A stretch of DNA of 64,000 nt, taken from contig JBAZYY010000002.1 in NCBI GenBank assembly GCA_041659065.1, forward strand, positions 24,091-88,090, given 5' to 3'. Of this stretch, positions 7,941 through 18,289 are shown in pieces. The notes under the pieces are model-generated. The model was not told the origin of the DNA and made no database searches. It saw only the letters and a program-made list of their open reading frames with translations. Made by a program: the position numbers and the translations under genes. The stretch comes from Parcubacteria group bacterium. Its GTDB lineage: Bacteria > Patescibacteriota > Minisyncoccia > Moranbacterales > UBA11712. Within the stretch, counting starts at the first letter, position 1; the number at the start of each line of letters is the position of its first letter.

Positions 7941-9521
7941 TTAGTGGGATTTTATAGGTAAACTTACGAAAAAAGTTGAGCCTTTGTTTTCAATGGAATC
8001 AAACCAAATCTTGCCCCCGGATTGTTTTATTATGGCCCGAGCGATATAGAGACCCAGCCCCGTTCCGTCAGTATCCTTATTCCTAACATTATCAGCTCTG
8101 AATAGTTTTGTAAATATCTTGGCTTGCTGATGTTTCGGAATGCCATAGCCAGTGTCGGAGATTCCAATGACAATTTCCAGCCCTTTTTTTTGACTCTCAA
8201 CTGTCACGCTGCCTTTTTCCGGGGTATACTTTATGGCATTTGAAAGCAGATTTTGAAAAACAATCCGAATGTGCTCCACATCGGCAAAAATTGGAGGAAT
8301 ATCCGCGTCGTATTTTTTTACGATTTCGATCTGCTTGCTGCTGATGAGAGGGGCGAATTCATTTATCAAACTATCCAAAAGACCGCGCAAATCCAGCCTC
8401 GCCGGCTCGGCGACTAGTGTCCCCATGTCGATTCTCGAAGCATTCAGGAGATCGTCCACCAAATCTATCATTCTCCTGTTGCCGATATAAATTTCATCCA
8501 AATATTGTTTCTGTTTTGGATTTAGAAACCCCGCGTCGCCGCTGATAAGCATTTCAGCGTACCAGGAAACCGAGGTTAACGGAGTTCTTAGCTGATGAGA
8601 AGCTAGTGAAACAAATTCCGTTTTTGCCTTATCGATTTCTTTTATCCGAATAATGTCCCTTTCGGCTCTGGCTAAAATATCCAGCGAACTGAAGGTGGCA
8701 TAAATCAAATAGAGAAAAACGCCAGCAACGATAAAAAGGTGGACAATTGATTCGTAAATATAATCATACAGGCCACTTTTCCCGCCGAGCATGACCAGAA
8801 CTTCGATTACGATTAGCACCAGGAGCGCAAAGATCAAGCGCCTAGCCACCAAGGAACTTATCCCGTGGCTTACAAAAATCCTCATGTAGCCATAATCCGG
8901 CCGCAAAGACAATGTACTCATAAATATCAGCACAAAAGCTACTGCCGTATGAGCAGCCATTCCTTTATAGTGGGAAATGGTGTAAAGATTAGGAAGATTA
9001 TAGATGAATCCAAACAGAGACAACAGCGCCAGAAAGCCCGCTACCATTATAACTGCCTGCCCAAGCATCATGCTGCGCCTTGTGCGAAGATTGCATAAAA
9101 ATAATGAGATTCCAACCGCCAGAAAATTTATTGCGCTTTGAGGTGACATTCTGACAACCGCAGTTCCCATTTTTTGCGAGAAAAGGATACTGTCGATTCC
9201 GAAGTTGATTCCAGCTATATATTCTATTATTGTAGAAAAACTTACCGCGATCAAAAACAAAGAAAAAAACCAGACAACGTAATTCAACCTTGAGCCAACA
9301 TTTTTTTTGGAGAGAATAAAGATGGAAAAACCGGCGGCAACAAAAGAAACCGCTGAATTTGGCGCAATTACAGGAAGACTCGGAAAAACCCGCTTGAAAA
9401 TTTCGATATCCGTCCACCAACCGATTATCGCGAGTAAGCCAATGCAGAATATCAACAGGCTCAAATAAGCTGCTGACTGTCGAAGAACCCGTACGAGGCG
9501 TAAATTGATTTGACTCTTCAT
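7941..9521 (-). CDS. Sensor histidine kinase with multi-pass membrane N-terminus
   Basis: H-box SHQLRTPLTSV, N/G boxes (LLSNAIKYT, DTGYGIP, GTGLGLYIARAI); about 8 TM helices. Confidence 0.8.
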   Translation of the reverse strand: MKSQINLRLVRVLRQSAAYLSLLIFCIGLLAIIGWWTDIEIFKRVFPSLPVIAPNSAVSFVAAGFSIFILSKKNVGSRLNYVVWFFSLFLIAVSFSTIIEYIAGINFGIDSILFSQKMGTAVVRMSPQSAINFLAVGISLFLCNLRTRRSMMLGQAVIMVAGFLALLSLFGFIYNLPNLYTISHYKGMAAHTAVAFVLIFMSTLSLRPDYGYMRIFVSHGISSLVARRLIFALLVLIVIEVLVMLGGKSGLYDYIYESIVHLFIVAGVFLYLIYATFSSLDILARAERDIIRIKEIDKAKTEFVSLASHQLRTPLTSVSWYAEMLISGDAGFLNPKQKQYLDEIYIGNRRMIDLVDDLLNASRIDMGTLVAEPARLDLRGLLDSLINEFAPLISSKQIEIVKKYDADIPPIFADVEHIRIVFQNLLSNAIKYTPEKGSVTVESQKKGLEIVIGISDTGYGIPKHQQAKIFTKLFRADNVRNKDTDGTGLGLYIARAIIKQSGGKIWFDSIENKGSTFFVSLPIKSH

Positions 9522-9526
9522 TTTTT

Positions 9527-10387
9527 CTATTTGTTTTGCAGATTCCTAAATAGCTCTATCTTCTTTTCGACTACTTTTTGGACCGAATCACGAGCTTGAG
9601 CCAAAACTTTTCTAGGATCTATCACATCACATCTGTCTTTCGTAAACTGGCAAAGTACGGTATTAAAGGCAATTCTCAGATCGGTGTCAATATTGAAGCA
9701 AGCTATACCACGTTTGACTGCCTCCTCGACTTTGTGATTCACCCAATCACTGGCGCCATGGAGAACCAAGGGTGTTTCCGGGATTATTTTTCGAATAGTT
9801 TCGAGCCGTTTCCAGTCTGGCTCTGATCTCTCCCGAAAAAATCCGTGCGCATTCCCAATTGCGATTGCCAGGGTATCAACCCCCGTTTCCTCGACCAGCC
9901 ATTTGGCCTCCAGCGGATCCGTCATGAGCTTGTCCCAATCCGGATTTTGATCATATTCCCCCATGGATGGCACAACTCCAATTTCCGCCTGCACTGACAC
10001 TCCCTTCGGGTGTGCGTATTCAACCACGCGTTTGGTTGTTGCGATATTATCTTGAAGTGATTCCCTTGCCGCATCAATCATAACCGATTTTATGCCCAGC
10101 TCAATGGCTCTCACTATAGTATCAAGACTCCGACCATGATCTAAGTGTAACCCAATTGGGAGGGATCCTGATTCTTTATCGATAACCGCTTTTATAACTT
10201 CCACAATAACGGAATCGCCGGCGTAATCCAAAGTTTTTTCGGTGAATTGGACAACTACCGGCGTCTTGAGTTTTACCGCGGCCCGCACAATAGCTTGGGT
10301 CACTTCCATATCCGGCGTGTTAAAAGCACCCACGGCATATCCGTTTTCTTGGGCCTCAACTAAAATATCTTTGGTACTGGCAAGCAT
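9527..10387 (-). CDS. fba: Fructose-bisphosphate aldolase, class II
   Basis: GLHLDHG, MIDAS-like, GNAHG motifs of class II FBA. Confidence 0.85.
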   Translation of the reverse strand: MLASTKDILVEAQENGYAVGAFNTPDMEVTQAIVRAAVKLKTPVVVQFTEKTLDYAGDSVIVEVIKAVIDKESGSLPIGLHLDHGRSLDTIVRAIELGIKSVMIDAARESLQDNIATTKRVVEYAHPKGVSVQAEIGVVPSMGEYDQNPDWDKLMTDPLEAKWLVEETGVDTLAIAIGNAHGFFRERSEPDWKRLETIRKIIPETPLVLHGASDWVNHKVEEAVKRGIACFNIDTDLRIAFNTVLCQFTKDRCDVIDPRKVLAQARDSVQKVVEKKIELFRNLQNK

Positions 10388-10397
10388 AGACTACTAG

Positions 10398-10523
10398 AAT
10401 TTTGAATTTAGAATTGTGAATTAAGAATAGGGATATTACCTGCTAACCGAAAGAAATACAGGATGTAGATCATTTTGTGATTAATATTCTATATTCCATA
10501 TTCCCATTCTCAATTCTTTATTT
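10398..10523. repeat. AT-rich palindromic intergenic element, family A (GAATTGTGAATT … ATTCTATATTCCATATTCCCATTCTCAATTC)
   Basis: Imperfect ~125-bp palindrome; the 31-mer ATTCTATATTCCATATTCCCATTCTCAATTC is identical to the copy at 11860-11890. Confidence 0.6.
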
Positions 10524-10524
10524 A

Positions 10525-11307
10525 TTAGCTTTTTTCAATTATCTCCACTATTTTCACGAGCTCATGCGGCACCAGACTTTCTCGACCGACTAAACCCCCG
10601 TCCATTGCAGGATCAATGCAAACCTGATCCACAGACCGCATACTGATGCTTCCGCCGTATAAAATCCTCGCCTTCTCGGCAATTTTCATTGAATAGAGCT
10701 CAGCCAGAGTTTTTTTAATAATCAACTTGGCTTCCAATATCTCATCCGAAGACGGCACGCTATCCGAACCCACTGCCCAGATAGGCTCATAAACAATATC
10801 TACATATTCGATTTTCCCGGGACCTACCCCCGCCAATGACTCTTTTAATTGTTTTTTCACAACAACAGCGGTCTGATTTTTTTTCCTGTCTTCCAAGCTC
10901 TCTCCGATACAGAGAACGGCTCGCAGGCCGCATTTCAGAATCGCCTTCAGCTTGAGATTTATAATTTCCTCTGTTTCGCCGAAATATCTTCTGCGTTCGC
11001 TATGCCCGACCATTGAATATTTAGCTCCCATATTTTTCACCATACTGGCTGAAATTTCCCCCGTATACGCGCCTTGATATTCCCAAAATATATTCTGGGC
11101 ACCAAGTTCGATATTCTTTATTTTAAGGGCTAGAATTTTTTCAAAATAAATAACCGGAGGACAAATAACCAACTCTGTTTTCTCAAATTCCTTGCCCTTT
11201 AGCTCCTTTTTGAGTGTTTCTAAGTATCGGTCCATTTCAGCGGAACTGACCGGGTTCATTTTCATATTTCCAATCACGATTCTTTTATTCATACTTTTAT
11301 AATCCAA
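10525..11307 (-). CDS. tpiA: Triosephosphate isomerase
   Basis: GNMKMN, VGHSERR, CIGESLEDR, YEPIWAVGS, ILYGGS; true start probably the internal MNKRIVIGN. Confidence 0.9.
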   Translation of the reverse strand: MDYKSMNKRIVIGNMKMNPVSSAEMDRYLETLKKELKGKEFEKTELVICPPVIYFEKILALKIKNIELGAQNIFWEYQGAYTGEISASMVKNMGAKYSMVGHSERRRYFGETEEIINLKLKAILKCGLRAVLCIGESLEDRKKNQTAVVVKKQLKESLAGVGPGKIEYVDIVYEPIWAVGSDSVPSSDEILEAKLIIKKTLAELYSMKIAEKARILYGGSISMRSVDQVCIDPAMDGGLVGRESLVPHELVKIVEIIEKS

Positions 11308-11779
11308 CAGTTAAAACGGTTACAATTAGTCCTGCGATCACGCACCCTAGAATAATCAACGGAATTGATTTCTTAAGTTTTACATTGAACACAAACGCGG
11401 CAAGGGGCCCTGTCCACCCGCCCAGGAGCGGAATAGGAGTCGCCGTCAGGATAAAAACCGCGAAGGCGCCCCATTTTTCAAATTTTTTTTGCCCTCGTTT
11501 TCGAGTGTGCTCAAACAGCCAGTCGAAAAATTTTTTAAATGCACTGACGTTATCAGAGAGAAATTTTGCAATCGGATTAAGAATTAGAACTATCAAGATC
11601 ATCGGGACCAAATTTCCCAAAACCGACCAGAGATAAGCTGACCAAATCGGCAGATGATAGATTTTAATGGCTATCGGAATTGAAGCCCTCAATTCCGAAA
11701 TCGGGACCATGGCGATCAGAAATGTCGCAAGCTCGGGAGGGAAATTCTGAAACCAGGTGGAATAGTCAAAGTGAAACAT
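11297..11779 (-). CDS. COG2426-family small membrane protein (the so-called small multidrug export protein family)
   Basis: SELRASIP … PLLGGWTGP motifs, 4 TM helices. Confidence 0.5.
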   Translation of the reverse strand: MFHFDYSTWFQNFPPELATFLIAMVPISELRASIPIAIKIYHLPIWSAYLWSVLGNLVPMILIVLILNPIAKFLSDNVSAFKKFFDWLFEHTRKRGQKKFEKWGAFAVFILTATPIPLLGGWTGPLAAFVFNVKLKKSIPLIILGCVIAGLIVTVLTVGL

Positions 11780-11793
11780 CCTTAATAGAATCG

Positions 11794-11913
11794 GGAATTG
11801 TGAATTTGGAATTTGGAATGGGGATTAAGGACAAAGAATAAAGGTTTTTAGCATTCCCAGATTCTATATTCCATATTCCCATTCTCAATTCACAATTCTA
11901 AATTCAAAATTCT
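11794..11913. repeat. AT-rich palindromic intergenic element, family A
   Basis: GAATTGTGAATTTGGAATTTGGAATGGGG … CCCAGATTCTATATTCCATATTCCCATTCTCAATTCACAATTC. Confidence 0.6.
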
Positions 11914-11914
11914 T

Positions 11915-12970
11915 CTAAATATTTAATCTCAATGCTTCCGCGGCTCTTTCCGGCTCGATAGTCGATATTTCAATGCCAGTCGATAGCTCGAATCCGGCCC
12001 AAGTCGCGGTATGGGGCAAAATTTCAATATGCCAATGATAATGGGGGTAATCTTTCCCGTCACAGGGAGAAGTATGAATGTAAAAGTTATAAGGCGGATC
12101 AGTGAGTTCCTGAAAGATAGCCCTGATTGATTTTTGGAGCGCTTCCGCCAGATCTATTTTTTCTTCATTATTGATCCGTTCAAAATAGGGTTTGTGTTTT
12201 TTGGGCATTACCCAAACCTCGAAAGCAACCCGGGAAGAAAACGGGCAGAAGGCCAAAAAATTATCATTTTCAAAAATCAACCTTTTTTTATGCTGGAGTT
12301 CCCACTCCACCATTGTACAAAAAACACATTTGCGGTTCGCCTGCCAGTATTCCTCAGCGCCATCGAGTTCCACCTTGATGCCCGGGGAAACAACCGGAAT
12401 CGCCATAAGTTGGGAATGGGGATGCTCAATCGATGCCCCTGCTTCCCGGCCATGATTGTGAAATATCTCAACATAGTTAACGTTTCTTTTGTTCATAAGG
12501 CTGATGAATCGGTCCTGATACGCGTCAATCACTTCCGCCACTTCGAGCGGATCAAGCTGGGCAATCTGCCTCATGTGGTCCCGTGTGACGATAACCTCGT
12601 GATGGCCTACGCCATCCATCATGAAATACGGGCCTTCTTCGACATGCTTCGGCAACCGATGCCTTGAGAAAGCCGGAAATTTATTCGGAAATACGCGCAA
12701 ACTCCAATCCCCGTCTTTTTGGCGGTAGATCAAAACGTCGTCTTCCTGACCGGTTTCTTCCGGAAAACAGAAAGGACACTTATCAGAAAGTGCGGGATAG
12801 GGCTGGCGTTTAACCGCGAATTCCCCCGGCCTTTTCCCCCGACCCAGGGCAATGACGACCCAATCTCCCGTCACCAGGTCCTGGCGCAATTCCGATGTTT
12901 GGGTTTTATTTTTTCCGCCTGCATTGCCATGCAAAGCATTGCGGGCGGGTTCTTTCTTTTTTTCCACCAT
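11915..12970 (-). CDS. galT: Galactose-1-phosphate uridylyltransferase family protein (HIT-like)
   Basis: HPHSQLMAIP (HxHxQ active site), CPFC zinc motif, two half-domains. Confidence 0.7.
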   Translation of the reverse strand: MVEKKKEPARNALHGNAGGKNKTQTSELRQDLVTGDWVVIALGRGKRPGEFAVKRQPYPALSDKCPFCFPEETGQEDDVLIYRQKDGDWSLRVFPNKFPAFSRHRLPKHVEEGPYFMMDGVGHHEVIVTRDHMRQIAQLDPLEVAEVIDAYQDRFISLMNKRNVNYVEIFHNHGREAGASIEHPHSQLMAIPVVSPGIKVELDGAEEYWQANRKCVFCTMVEWELQHKKRLIFENDNFLAFCPFSSRVAFEVWVMPKKHKPYFERINNEEKIDLAEALQKSIRAIFQELTDPPYNFYIHTSPCDGKDYPHYHWHIEILPHTATWAGFELSTGIEISTIEPERAAEALRLNI

Positions 12971-12998
12971 TTCGTATGTCGTATAAAGTACCTCGTAT

Positions 12999-13388
12999 TT
13001 AGGGCATATTTTTGATTCTCTTTAGTCCGCTGATAATTTTTGCAGTCGTTACTGTTTGACTCGCAATTTTACCAAATTCATTTTTACTAATATAACCGAC
13101 ATCTTTAGAAATCAATAATTGATTTTGCAATTCAATAAGCGAGCTACTTGCTATGTAATAAAATTGACATTTTTCTTTGTTCCCATTGCGACCGAAGCCC
13201 TCGGCTATGTTTGAAGATACCGAAACAGATGCTCTCCTCATCTGATTCATTAATCCAAACATTTCTGTTTTCGGAAATTTATCCGTTACTTTATAAACCA
13301 TCAAAACCAACTTATGCGCTTCGCGCCATGCCCGCAGATCGGTAAATGACTTTATTTTATCGCCCTCCATACGAAATACGATATACAA
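12999..13388 (-). CDS. Four-helix-bundle protein (23S rRNA intervening-sequence protein family)
   Basis: FPKTEMFGLMNQMRRASVSVSSNIAEGFGR signature of the TIGR02436 family. Confidence 0.75.
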   Translation of the reverse strand: MYIVFRMEGDKIKSFTDLRAWREAHKLVLMVYKVTDKFPKTEMFGLMNQMRRASVSVSSNIAEGFGRNGNKEKCQFYYIASSSLIELQNQLLISKDVGYISKNEFGKIASQTVTTAKIISGLKRIKNMP

Positions 13389-13393
13389 AATAC

Positions 13394-14143
13394 TTAGTAC
13401 TTATACTGCCTTGTTATCATTCGCCACTTCACCTGAAACAGTTCCATTAGAGTTTTGATATATCCTTTGACGCCCACCAGGCTTTGCCCGGCATCAATCC
13501 AGATTACCGGCACTTGATCGATTTCGTAGCCCTTTTTCCTCGCCAGCATAAGCATCTCAAAATCCCCTCCCCAGCGGTCAACTTTCATTTGAGGCACGAT
13601 GTCCTTCACCGCCTTTTCCGAAACAACCTTAAATCCGCATTGGGTATCCTCAATTCCTCGAAGTCCCATCAGGCACTGGATCAGAATATTTCCCAGATCC
13701 CCGAGCATCTCTTTCCATTTCGGCTGATGTTTTTTTATTTGCGCTTCTTTAAGATCGCGAGATCCGATGATGATGTCCCGGCCTTTCTCCATGAACGGCC
13801 AAAAGCCTTCCATGTTTGTGATGGAGGTCGCGCCATCCGCGTCAGTAAGCAACCTGTACTCGCCGTGCGCCTTCATGAATCCCTCACGTACGGAATACCA
13901 TTTTCCACGATTTTTTTTGCGATCAATAACAATGCACTTTTTGACCAGATGCCCGAGCTCGCGTCCGACATCCGCCGTGTTATCTTTCGATCCATCGCTA
14001 ACGATAATAACCTCGTAGGATATATTTTTCTTCCCGAGATATCGGCCAATTTCTGACATATTATGCCGCATCTCTTTTCCTTTTCGCCCGCCTTCATTAT
14101 AGGCCGGGATAATGATTGACAGATAGGGTTTTGTATTTTGCAT
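13394..14143 (-). CDS. Family 2 glycosyltransferase (dolichyl-phosphate mannosyltransferase-like)
   Basis: LSIIIPAYNE, VSDGSKD, DADG motifs; start moved to the internal MQNTKPY (14143) because the longer ORF start at 14242 would run through the upstream palindromic element. Confidence 0.75.
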   Translation of the reverse strand: MQNTKPYLSIIIPAYNEGGRKGKEMRHNMSEIGRYLGKKNISYEVIIVSDGSKDNTADVGRELGHLVKKCIVIDRKKNRGKWYSVREGFMKAHGEYRLLTDADGATSITNMEGFWPFMEKGRDIIIGSRDLKEAQIKKHQPKWKEMLGDLGNILIQCLMGLRGIEDTQCGFKVVSEKAVKDIVPQMKVDRWGGDFEMLMLARKKGYEIDQVPVIWIDAGQSLVGVKGYIKTLMELFQVKWRMITRQYKY

Positions 14144-14268
14144 AGGATTCTGAATTGTGGATTTTGAATTGTAAATGGGAATGAGAAATAATGAATCTTG
14201 AATAAATTTTCTATATTCTTGATTCCAAGTTCCTATTCTCAATTCTGAATTCTAAATTCACAATTCTT
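14144..14268. repeat. AT-rich palindromic intergenic element, family A (diverged copy)
   Basis: GATTCTGAATTGTGGATTTTGAATTG … TTCTATATTCTTGATTCC…TTCTCAATTCTGAATTC. Confidence 0.5.
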
Positions 14269-14382
14269 TTAACATTTCTGTATTTAACTGCTTGTATTTT
14301 ACCATATATTAAAAAAATGCACCAAATCTTATGAGGGCATCAAACGCATGCTGCTTCGCCATATATTGTTCCATGTTTTATG

Positions 14383-14811
14383 TTATATGTTGCGTGATTT
14401 TCTATCCAACCAGCTCTGCAGTATTATCCTGGCCGCTTCCTGATCGTCATATCTCTTGATTCCTTTCATTCCTTTCTCGATGAGATTCTGATAAGCCTGC
14501 TTGGTGGTGAACATTTCATCCTCATAATCGACATTGATTTTCAATTTATCCGCCAGAAGATTCCCTAGTTTTTCGCCGGGGTAGATAACTTGTTTTTTAT
14601 TGATATGCGAAGCTACCCCGATTATCACTTTTGAAATATTTTCTCGCTCGATAATTTCAGTGATATTTTGAAGCATATTTTTATCATTAGCGAGGGTTTT
14701 TAACGCAAAAGCCATTCGGGTCTCAGAATCAGCTATAGCCAGGCCAACCTTAGACTCGCCATAATCTATCCCCAGAAATTTGCTTATTTTAGCCTCATTT
14801 AGTTCTGCCAT
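14383..14811 (-). CDS. ruvX: Holliday junction resolvase-like protein YqgF/RuvX
   Basis: FLGIDYGESKVGLAIAD N-terminus typical of YqgF. Confidence 0.8.
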   Translation of the reverse strand: MAELNEAKISKFLGIDYGESKVGLAIADSETRMAFALKTLANDKNMLQNITEIIERENISKVIIGVASHINKKQVIYPGEKLGNLLADKLKINVDYEDEMFTTKQAYQNLIEKGMKGIKRYDDQEAARIILQSWLDRKSRNI

Positions 14812-14966
14812 TGACTTTATGTTTTATTTATGCTATTATTCACAATCAGTACCTTAAAAAGGTATTCGTAGCGCATTTGTCGCTCCACGTAAGTATAACA
14901 TTTTACTTTTAGAGTGGTAAATTTAATTGGAGTGACAAAAAAACCATAGCAAGGAGACCAATAGTT

Positions 14967-15515
14967 ATGTTAAAGAATATCTTAAAAAGGGCAGGGCAGA
15001 ATATCCAACTGTTTACTTATCAGCTCTTCACCGAGCATGCGTTTAAGTGGGGATTTGGATTCATCCTCTATTCAGCTATTCTGGCCTTCACGGAAGTCTC
15101 AAGCTCAAGCTCAACCGCAAACCCCGAAATTACCATCGTCCTCATAGTTTTTTTCCTGTTCATCTTCGGCATCTTTTCTATGGTTATAGGTGCCGTGAGA
15201 GATGTCTCCGGGATGACCTACTGGTCATTTCTGAAAGAAATACGCCCAGAGATTGAATTGAAGGTAGAGCCACCGACGATTACGCCGGCAGATAGGGAAG
15301 CCGCTTTTTTAACTCTATCTCCTTTTCTTTTCCTATGGATTCTATGTGGGATGTTTGTTGGAGTCATACTGCATTTCATCTTCATCCCGACTCAGGCGTC
15401 TTGGACTCGAGCCTTGATAATCTATGTCGCCCTGGTTGATTTGTCCATACTAGCCATTTGGGCTGGTACGCAGCAACTTATGCGGTGGGTCAAAAACCTG
15501 CCGGAGGATGGCTGA
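14967..15515 (+). CDS. Hypothetical membrane protein
   Basis: AAGGAG RBS; 4 hydrophobic helices. Confidence 0.45.
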   Translation: MLKNILKRAGQNIQLFTYQLFTEHAFKWGFGFILYSAILAFTEVSSSSSTANPEITIVLIVFFLFIFGIFSMVIGAVRDVSGMTYWSFLKEIRPEIELKVEPPTITPADREAAFLTLSPFLFLWILCGMFVGVILHFIFIPTQASWTRALIIYVALVDLSILAIWAGTQQLMRWVKNLPEDG

Positions 15516-15765
15516 TATGAAATCTTTCTTTTTGCCGGCTTTCTTGGTCGGCACAACTCTGGCGCTGCTGAAATTAGCAGTTTATCGGGGAGACAGTCGA
15601 TTCCTCGACTGGGGACCGCGGATTCCTGAGATGTCTCCCATGTGGCCGCTTCTGGCGGCCGCAACTCTGGCCATCATCAGCTTCCTCGCCGTGTGGAAAT
15701 TCTCCCGACGGGAAGCCAAACTAAAAAACGCTGCAGCTGAACCCACAGCGGCAACATTGAGATAA
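15508..15765 (+). CDS. Hypothetical small membrane protein
   Basis: 8-nt overlap with the upstream ORF, 2 TM helices. Confidence 0.3.
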   Translation: MADMKSFFLPAFLVGTTLALLKLAVYRGDSRFLDWGPRIPEMSPMWPLLAAATLAIISFLAVWKFSRREAKLKNAAAEPTAATLR

Positions 15766-15840
15766 TACGCTGCCAAGCTGCAGACATTGGATAACTATGA
15801 TAAAACCGCCACCAAAGGGTGGTGAGGGGAGAAAATAATT

Positions 15841-16107
15841 ATGTTCTCGTGGATAATCGCTTTGTGGAATTGGAGCCCAATTGCGACAATAGCAATATAT
15901 TTTGTTGGCGGGTTGATCTTCGCAGCGATCTCTGCTCGGGATCAAAATAAAACTGCGCAGAATGACCCGTCTATTAAAGAATGCGACTTAGGGGAATTTG
16001 CCTTCAACATGGGGCTTTGGCTCCCCATAGTCTTTCTCCTAATTGGAATTCCATTGATGGAGAAAGCTAAAAAGATCGCAAGGCGCATTTTCCGTTGCAC
16101 CTCATAA
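15841..16107 (+). CDS. Hypothetical small membrane protein
   Basis: GGGGAG RBS, 2 TM helices. Confidence 0.35.
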   Translation: MFSWIIALWNWSPIATIAIYFVGGLIFAAISARDQNKTAQNDPSIKECDLGEFAFNMGLWLPIVFLLIGIPLMEKAKKIARRIFRCTS

Positions 16108-16189
16108 TCCCTGACAAGAGCCCGGCTCTCGTCAACGCACCCTCGGCCCTCGCCATTAACTTTGGTGGGGGCTGCTTTTTTATTAAAGC

Positions 16190-16300
16190 CCAAATTTCAA
16201 AGCTCAAATATCAAATAAAATCCAAAATCCCAATGTCAAATTTGGATTTTGATCTTTGGGCTTGGTTTGTCATTTGGATTTTGAAATTTGAATTTATAAT
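16190..16300. repeat. AT-rich palindromic intergenic element, family C (AAATCCAAAATCC / GGATTTTGGATTT arms)
   Basis: Shares segments (TTGGGCTTGGTTTGTCAT) in reverse orientation with the element at 18290-18440. Confidence 0.55.
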
Positions 16301-17064
16301 TTCGTGAGTATTTCGCATCCATCGCTCGTCACCACGACCGTATGTTCCCAGTGTCCGTTCAGTTTCCCATCGGCGGTTTTGTAAGTCCATCCATCGTCAG
16401 CAAGAACAATATCATATCCCCCTTCATTCACCATCGGCTCAAGCGCGAGCGTCATTCCCTCTTCAAGAATGATCTTCTTCATCCGCTTGTCGGCATAGTT
16501 AAAAACTTGCGGATCCTCATGAATGGAATGTCCGACTCCGTGCCCGACGAGATCTCTCACTACCGAAAAACCATTTTTCTCGGCGTGTTTTTGGACTGCT
16601 TTTCCATATTTAAAGAGCGTTTTTCCCGGCTTTATTTCAGCTATTCCGGCTCCAAGGCTCTCTTTCGTCACTCGCATCAATTTCTCGGCTGCTGGCGAAA
16701 TTTTTCCGACTCCCGCCATTACTGTCGCGTCGGTATGCATTTTTTTGTATTCAACCCCCAAGTCCAATTTCACGATATCCCCTTCGAAAAAAACTTTGTT
16801 TTCGACAGGCAGCCCATGCACAACTTCATTATTAATAGAAACGCAAACCGCCGCCGGATAGCCCTCGCCGTATCCACCCGGCTGATAATTCAGAAACGAA
16901 GGCTTGGAATCCATAGAAAAAACAAGCTCTCTTGCAAGCTTGTCAATCTCAATTGCTCTAACTCCGGGCAAAACACGCTCGGACAGTTTTTGAAGCACTT
17001 CAGCTAAAATCCGCCCGCTCCGGCGCATTATTTCAATTTCATCTTTTGACTTTATGGTAATCAT
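16294..17064 (-). CDS. map: Methionine aminopeptidase type I
   Basis: Metal-ligand pattern D…D…H…E…E in the pita-bread fold (VCVSINNEVVHG, DIVKLDLG, HGVGHSIHE, LALEPM). Confidence 0.9.
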   Translation of the reverse strand: MITIKSKDEIEIMRRSGRILAEVLQKLSERVLPGVRAIEIDKLARELVFSMDSKPSFLNYQPGGYGEGYPAAVCVSINNEVVHGLPVENKVFFEGDIVKLDLGVEYKKMHTDATVMAGVGKISPAAEKLMRVTKESLGAGIAEIKPGKTLFKYGKAVQKHAEKNGFSVVRDLVGHGVGHSIHEDPQVFNYADKRMKKIILEEGMTLALEPMVNEGGYDIVLADDGWTYKTADGKLNGHWEHTVVVTSDGCEILTKL

Positions 17065-17109
17065 ATTCTAGGATCTCTAAGGAGTGTTTATCTAGGTTAT
17101 AAGGAGGAA

Positions 17110-17565
17110 ATGCTGATGTCTCTCACATTGTTCATTTTTTGCACCTTTCTAGCGCTTACAGCTGATGGCATAGCCTCCTTTTTCAAAAAATGGGAGACAG
17201 GTACCACCGCTTTGCGCATCAAGGATCTGAACCGGGAAGCTAAATTTACTCTCTGGACCGTCACATTAACCTGCGATCCAATTCTGTCATTCTGTTTTAC
17301 AAACTTTCTGGGAAAATTCATGACCAGACAAGGGGCGATTGCATGGTTAGGCCTGGTGCTACCGACTTACATTCTCTATAGGCTGATCATGCTTTTGTCT
17401 GACAAATGCTGGCGCCAGCGCATCCCCCGAAGTGAGAAGAAAATACGAGATGCGAGAATGATTAGAAGGCACTACTCTATTGCGATCTTCTTCCTTTCGG
17501 CCGCAACGGCATGGCATTTGCAACCACTGGTATGTTTCTATCTTCCAGCTATCTTTAGCTACTAG
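17110..17565 (+). CDS. Hypothetical membrane protein
   Basis: AAGGAGG RBS 7 nt upstream; followed by a terminator hairpin. Confidence 0.45.
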   Translation: MLMSLTLFIFCTFLALTADGIASFFKKWETGTTALRIKDLNREAKFTLWTVTLTCDPILSFCFTNFLGKFMTRQGAIAWLGLVLPTYILYRLIMLLSDKCWRQRIPRSEKKIRDARMIRRHYSIAIFFLSAATAWHLQPLVCFYLPAIFSY

Positions 17566-17566
17566 T

Positions 17567-17606
17567 AGGGCTCTGGCGAACGACTTCGCTTGGGCCCTGC
17601 TTTTTA
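17567..17606 (+). terminator. Intrinsic terminator (two-tier hairpin plus T5)
   Basis: AGGGC…GCGAA-CGAC-TTCGC…GCCCT then GCTTTTT. Confidence 0.45.
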
Positions 17607-17608
17607 AT

Positions 17609-18265
17609 CTAGTCTCTTATGCGATTTTCTAGTAAATCCACTACTTCAGCAAAAACCTCTTCAACGCTCTGCTGTCCGTCAATTTCAATCAGTAAATTTT
17701 TGTTTTTATAATAACCAATTACTGGCGTAGTCTCCTCATGATAAACTTTCAGCCTTTTCTTCACGCCTTCCGGCGTATCGTCCGCGCGCTGAAAAATATC
17801 ACTTCCATCAATAGGGCATTTGTCTTTTTCGCTCTGAACATCGACTCCCATAATCAGCGGGTGACCGTTTTTGCATGTCCAGCGGCGGCAAATCCGTCTG
17901 ACTGATTCTTCTTCAGAAATATTTATCAAAATGACCGCGTCAATTTTTCGGCCCGTTTCCTGAAGAGCTGACTCCAGATAATCCATCTGTTCCTGATTTC
18001 GCGGCACACCATCGAAAACTATCCCTTGCTCTCTAGGAAGTTCATTTAGCTTCAGGTGCAGGACTTCTCGCATAATTCTGCTTGGAACCAGGGTCTTGGT
18101 GACATTCTGAATTTGCCATATCTCTTTTCCCAGGGGAGTATCGAGTTTCGCTACCACGCGCAGATATTTCCCCATATCAATGTGCTCCAGATTGTATTTT
18201 TTCGCAAGAAGTTCCGCTTGAGTGCCTTTGCCTGATCCCTGGGGACCTAAAACTATTATATTCAT
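17609..18265 (-). CDS. adk: Adenylate kinase
   Basis: P-loop GPQGSGKGTQA; Cys4 LID (CRRWTC…C). Confidence 0.9.
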   Translation of the reverse strand: MNIIVLGPQGSGKGTQAELLAKKYNLEHIDMGKYLRVVAKLDTPLGKEIWQIQNVTKTLVPSRIMREVLHLKLNELPREQGIVFDGVPRNQEQMDYLESALQETGRKIDAVILINISEEESVRRICRRWTCKNGHPLIMGVDVQSEKDKCPIDGSDIFQRADDTPEGVKKRLKVYHEETTPVIGYYKNKNLLIEIDGQQSVEEVFAEVVDLLENRIRD

Positions 18266-18289
18266 AAAACTTATCTGAGGCTATGCTTT

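Noticed and set aside
12134-12667. 177-aa + strand ORF
   Set aside because: Antisense to the galT-like gene.
16342-17007. 221-aa + strand ORF
   Set aside because: Antisense to map (clear methionine aminopeptidase signature on the minus strand).
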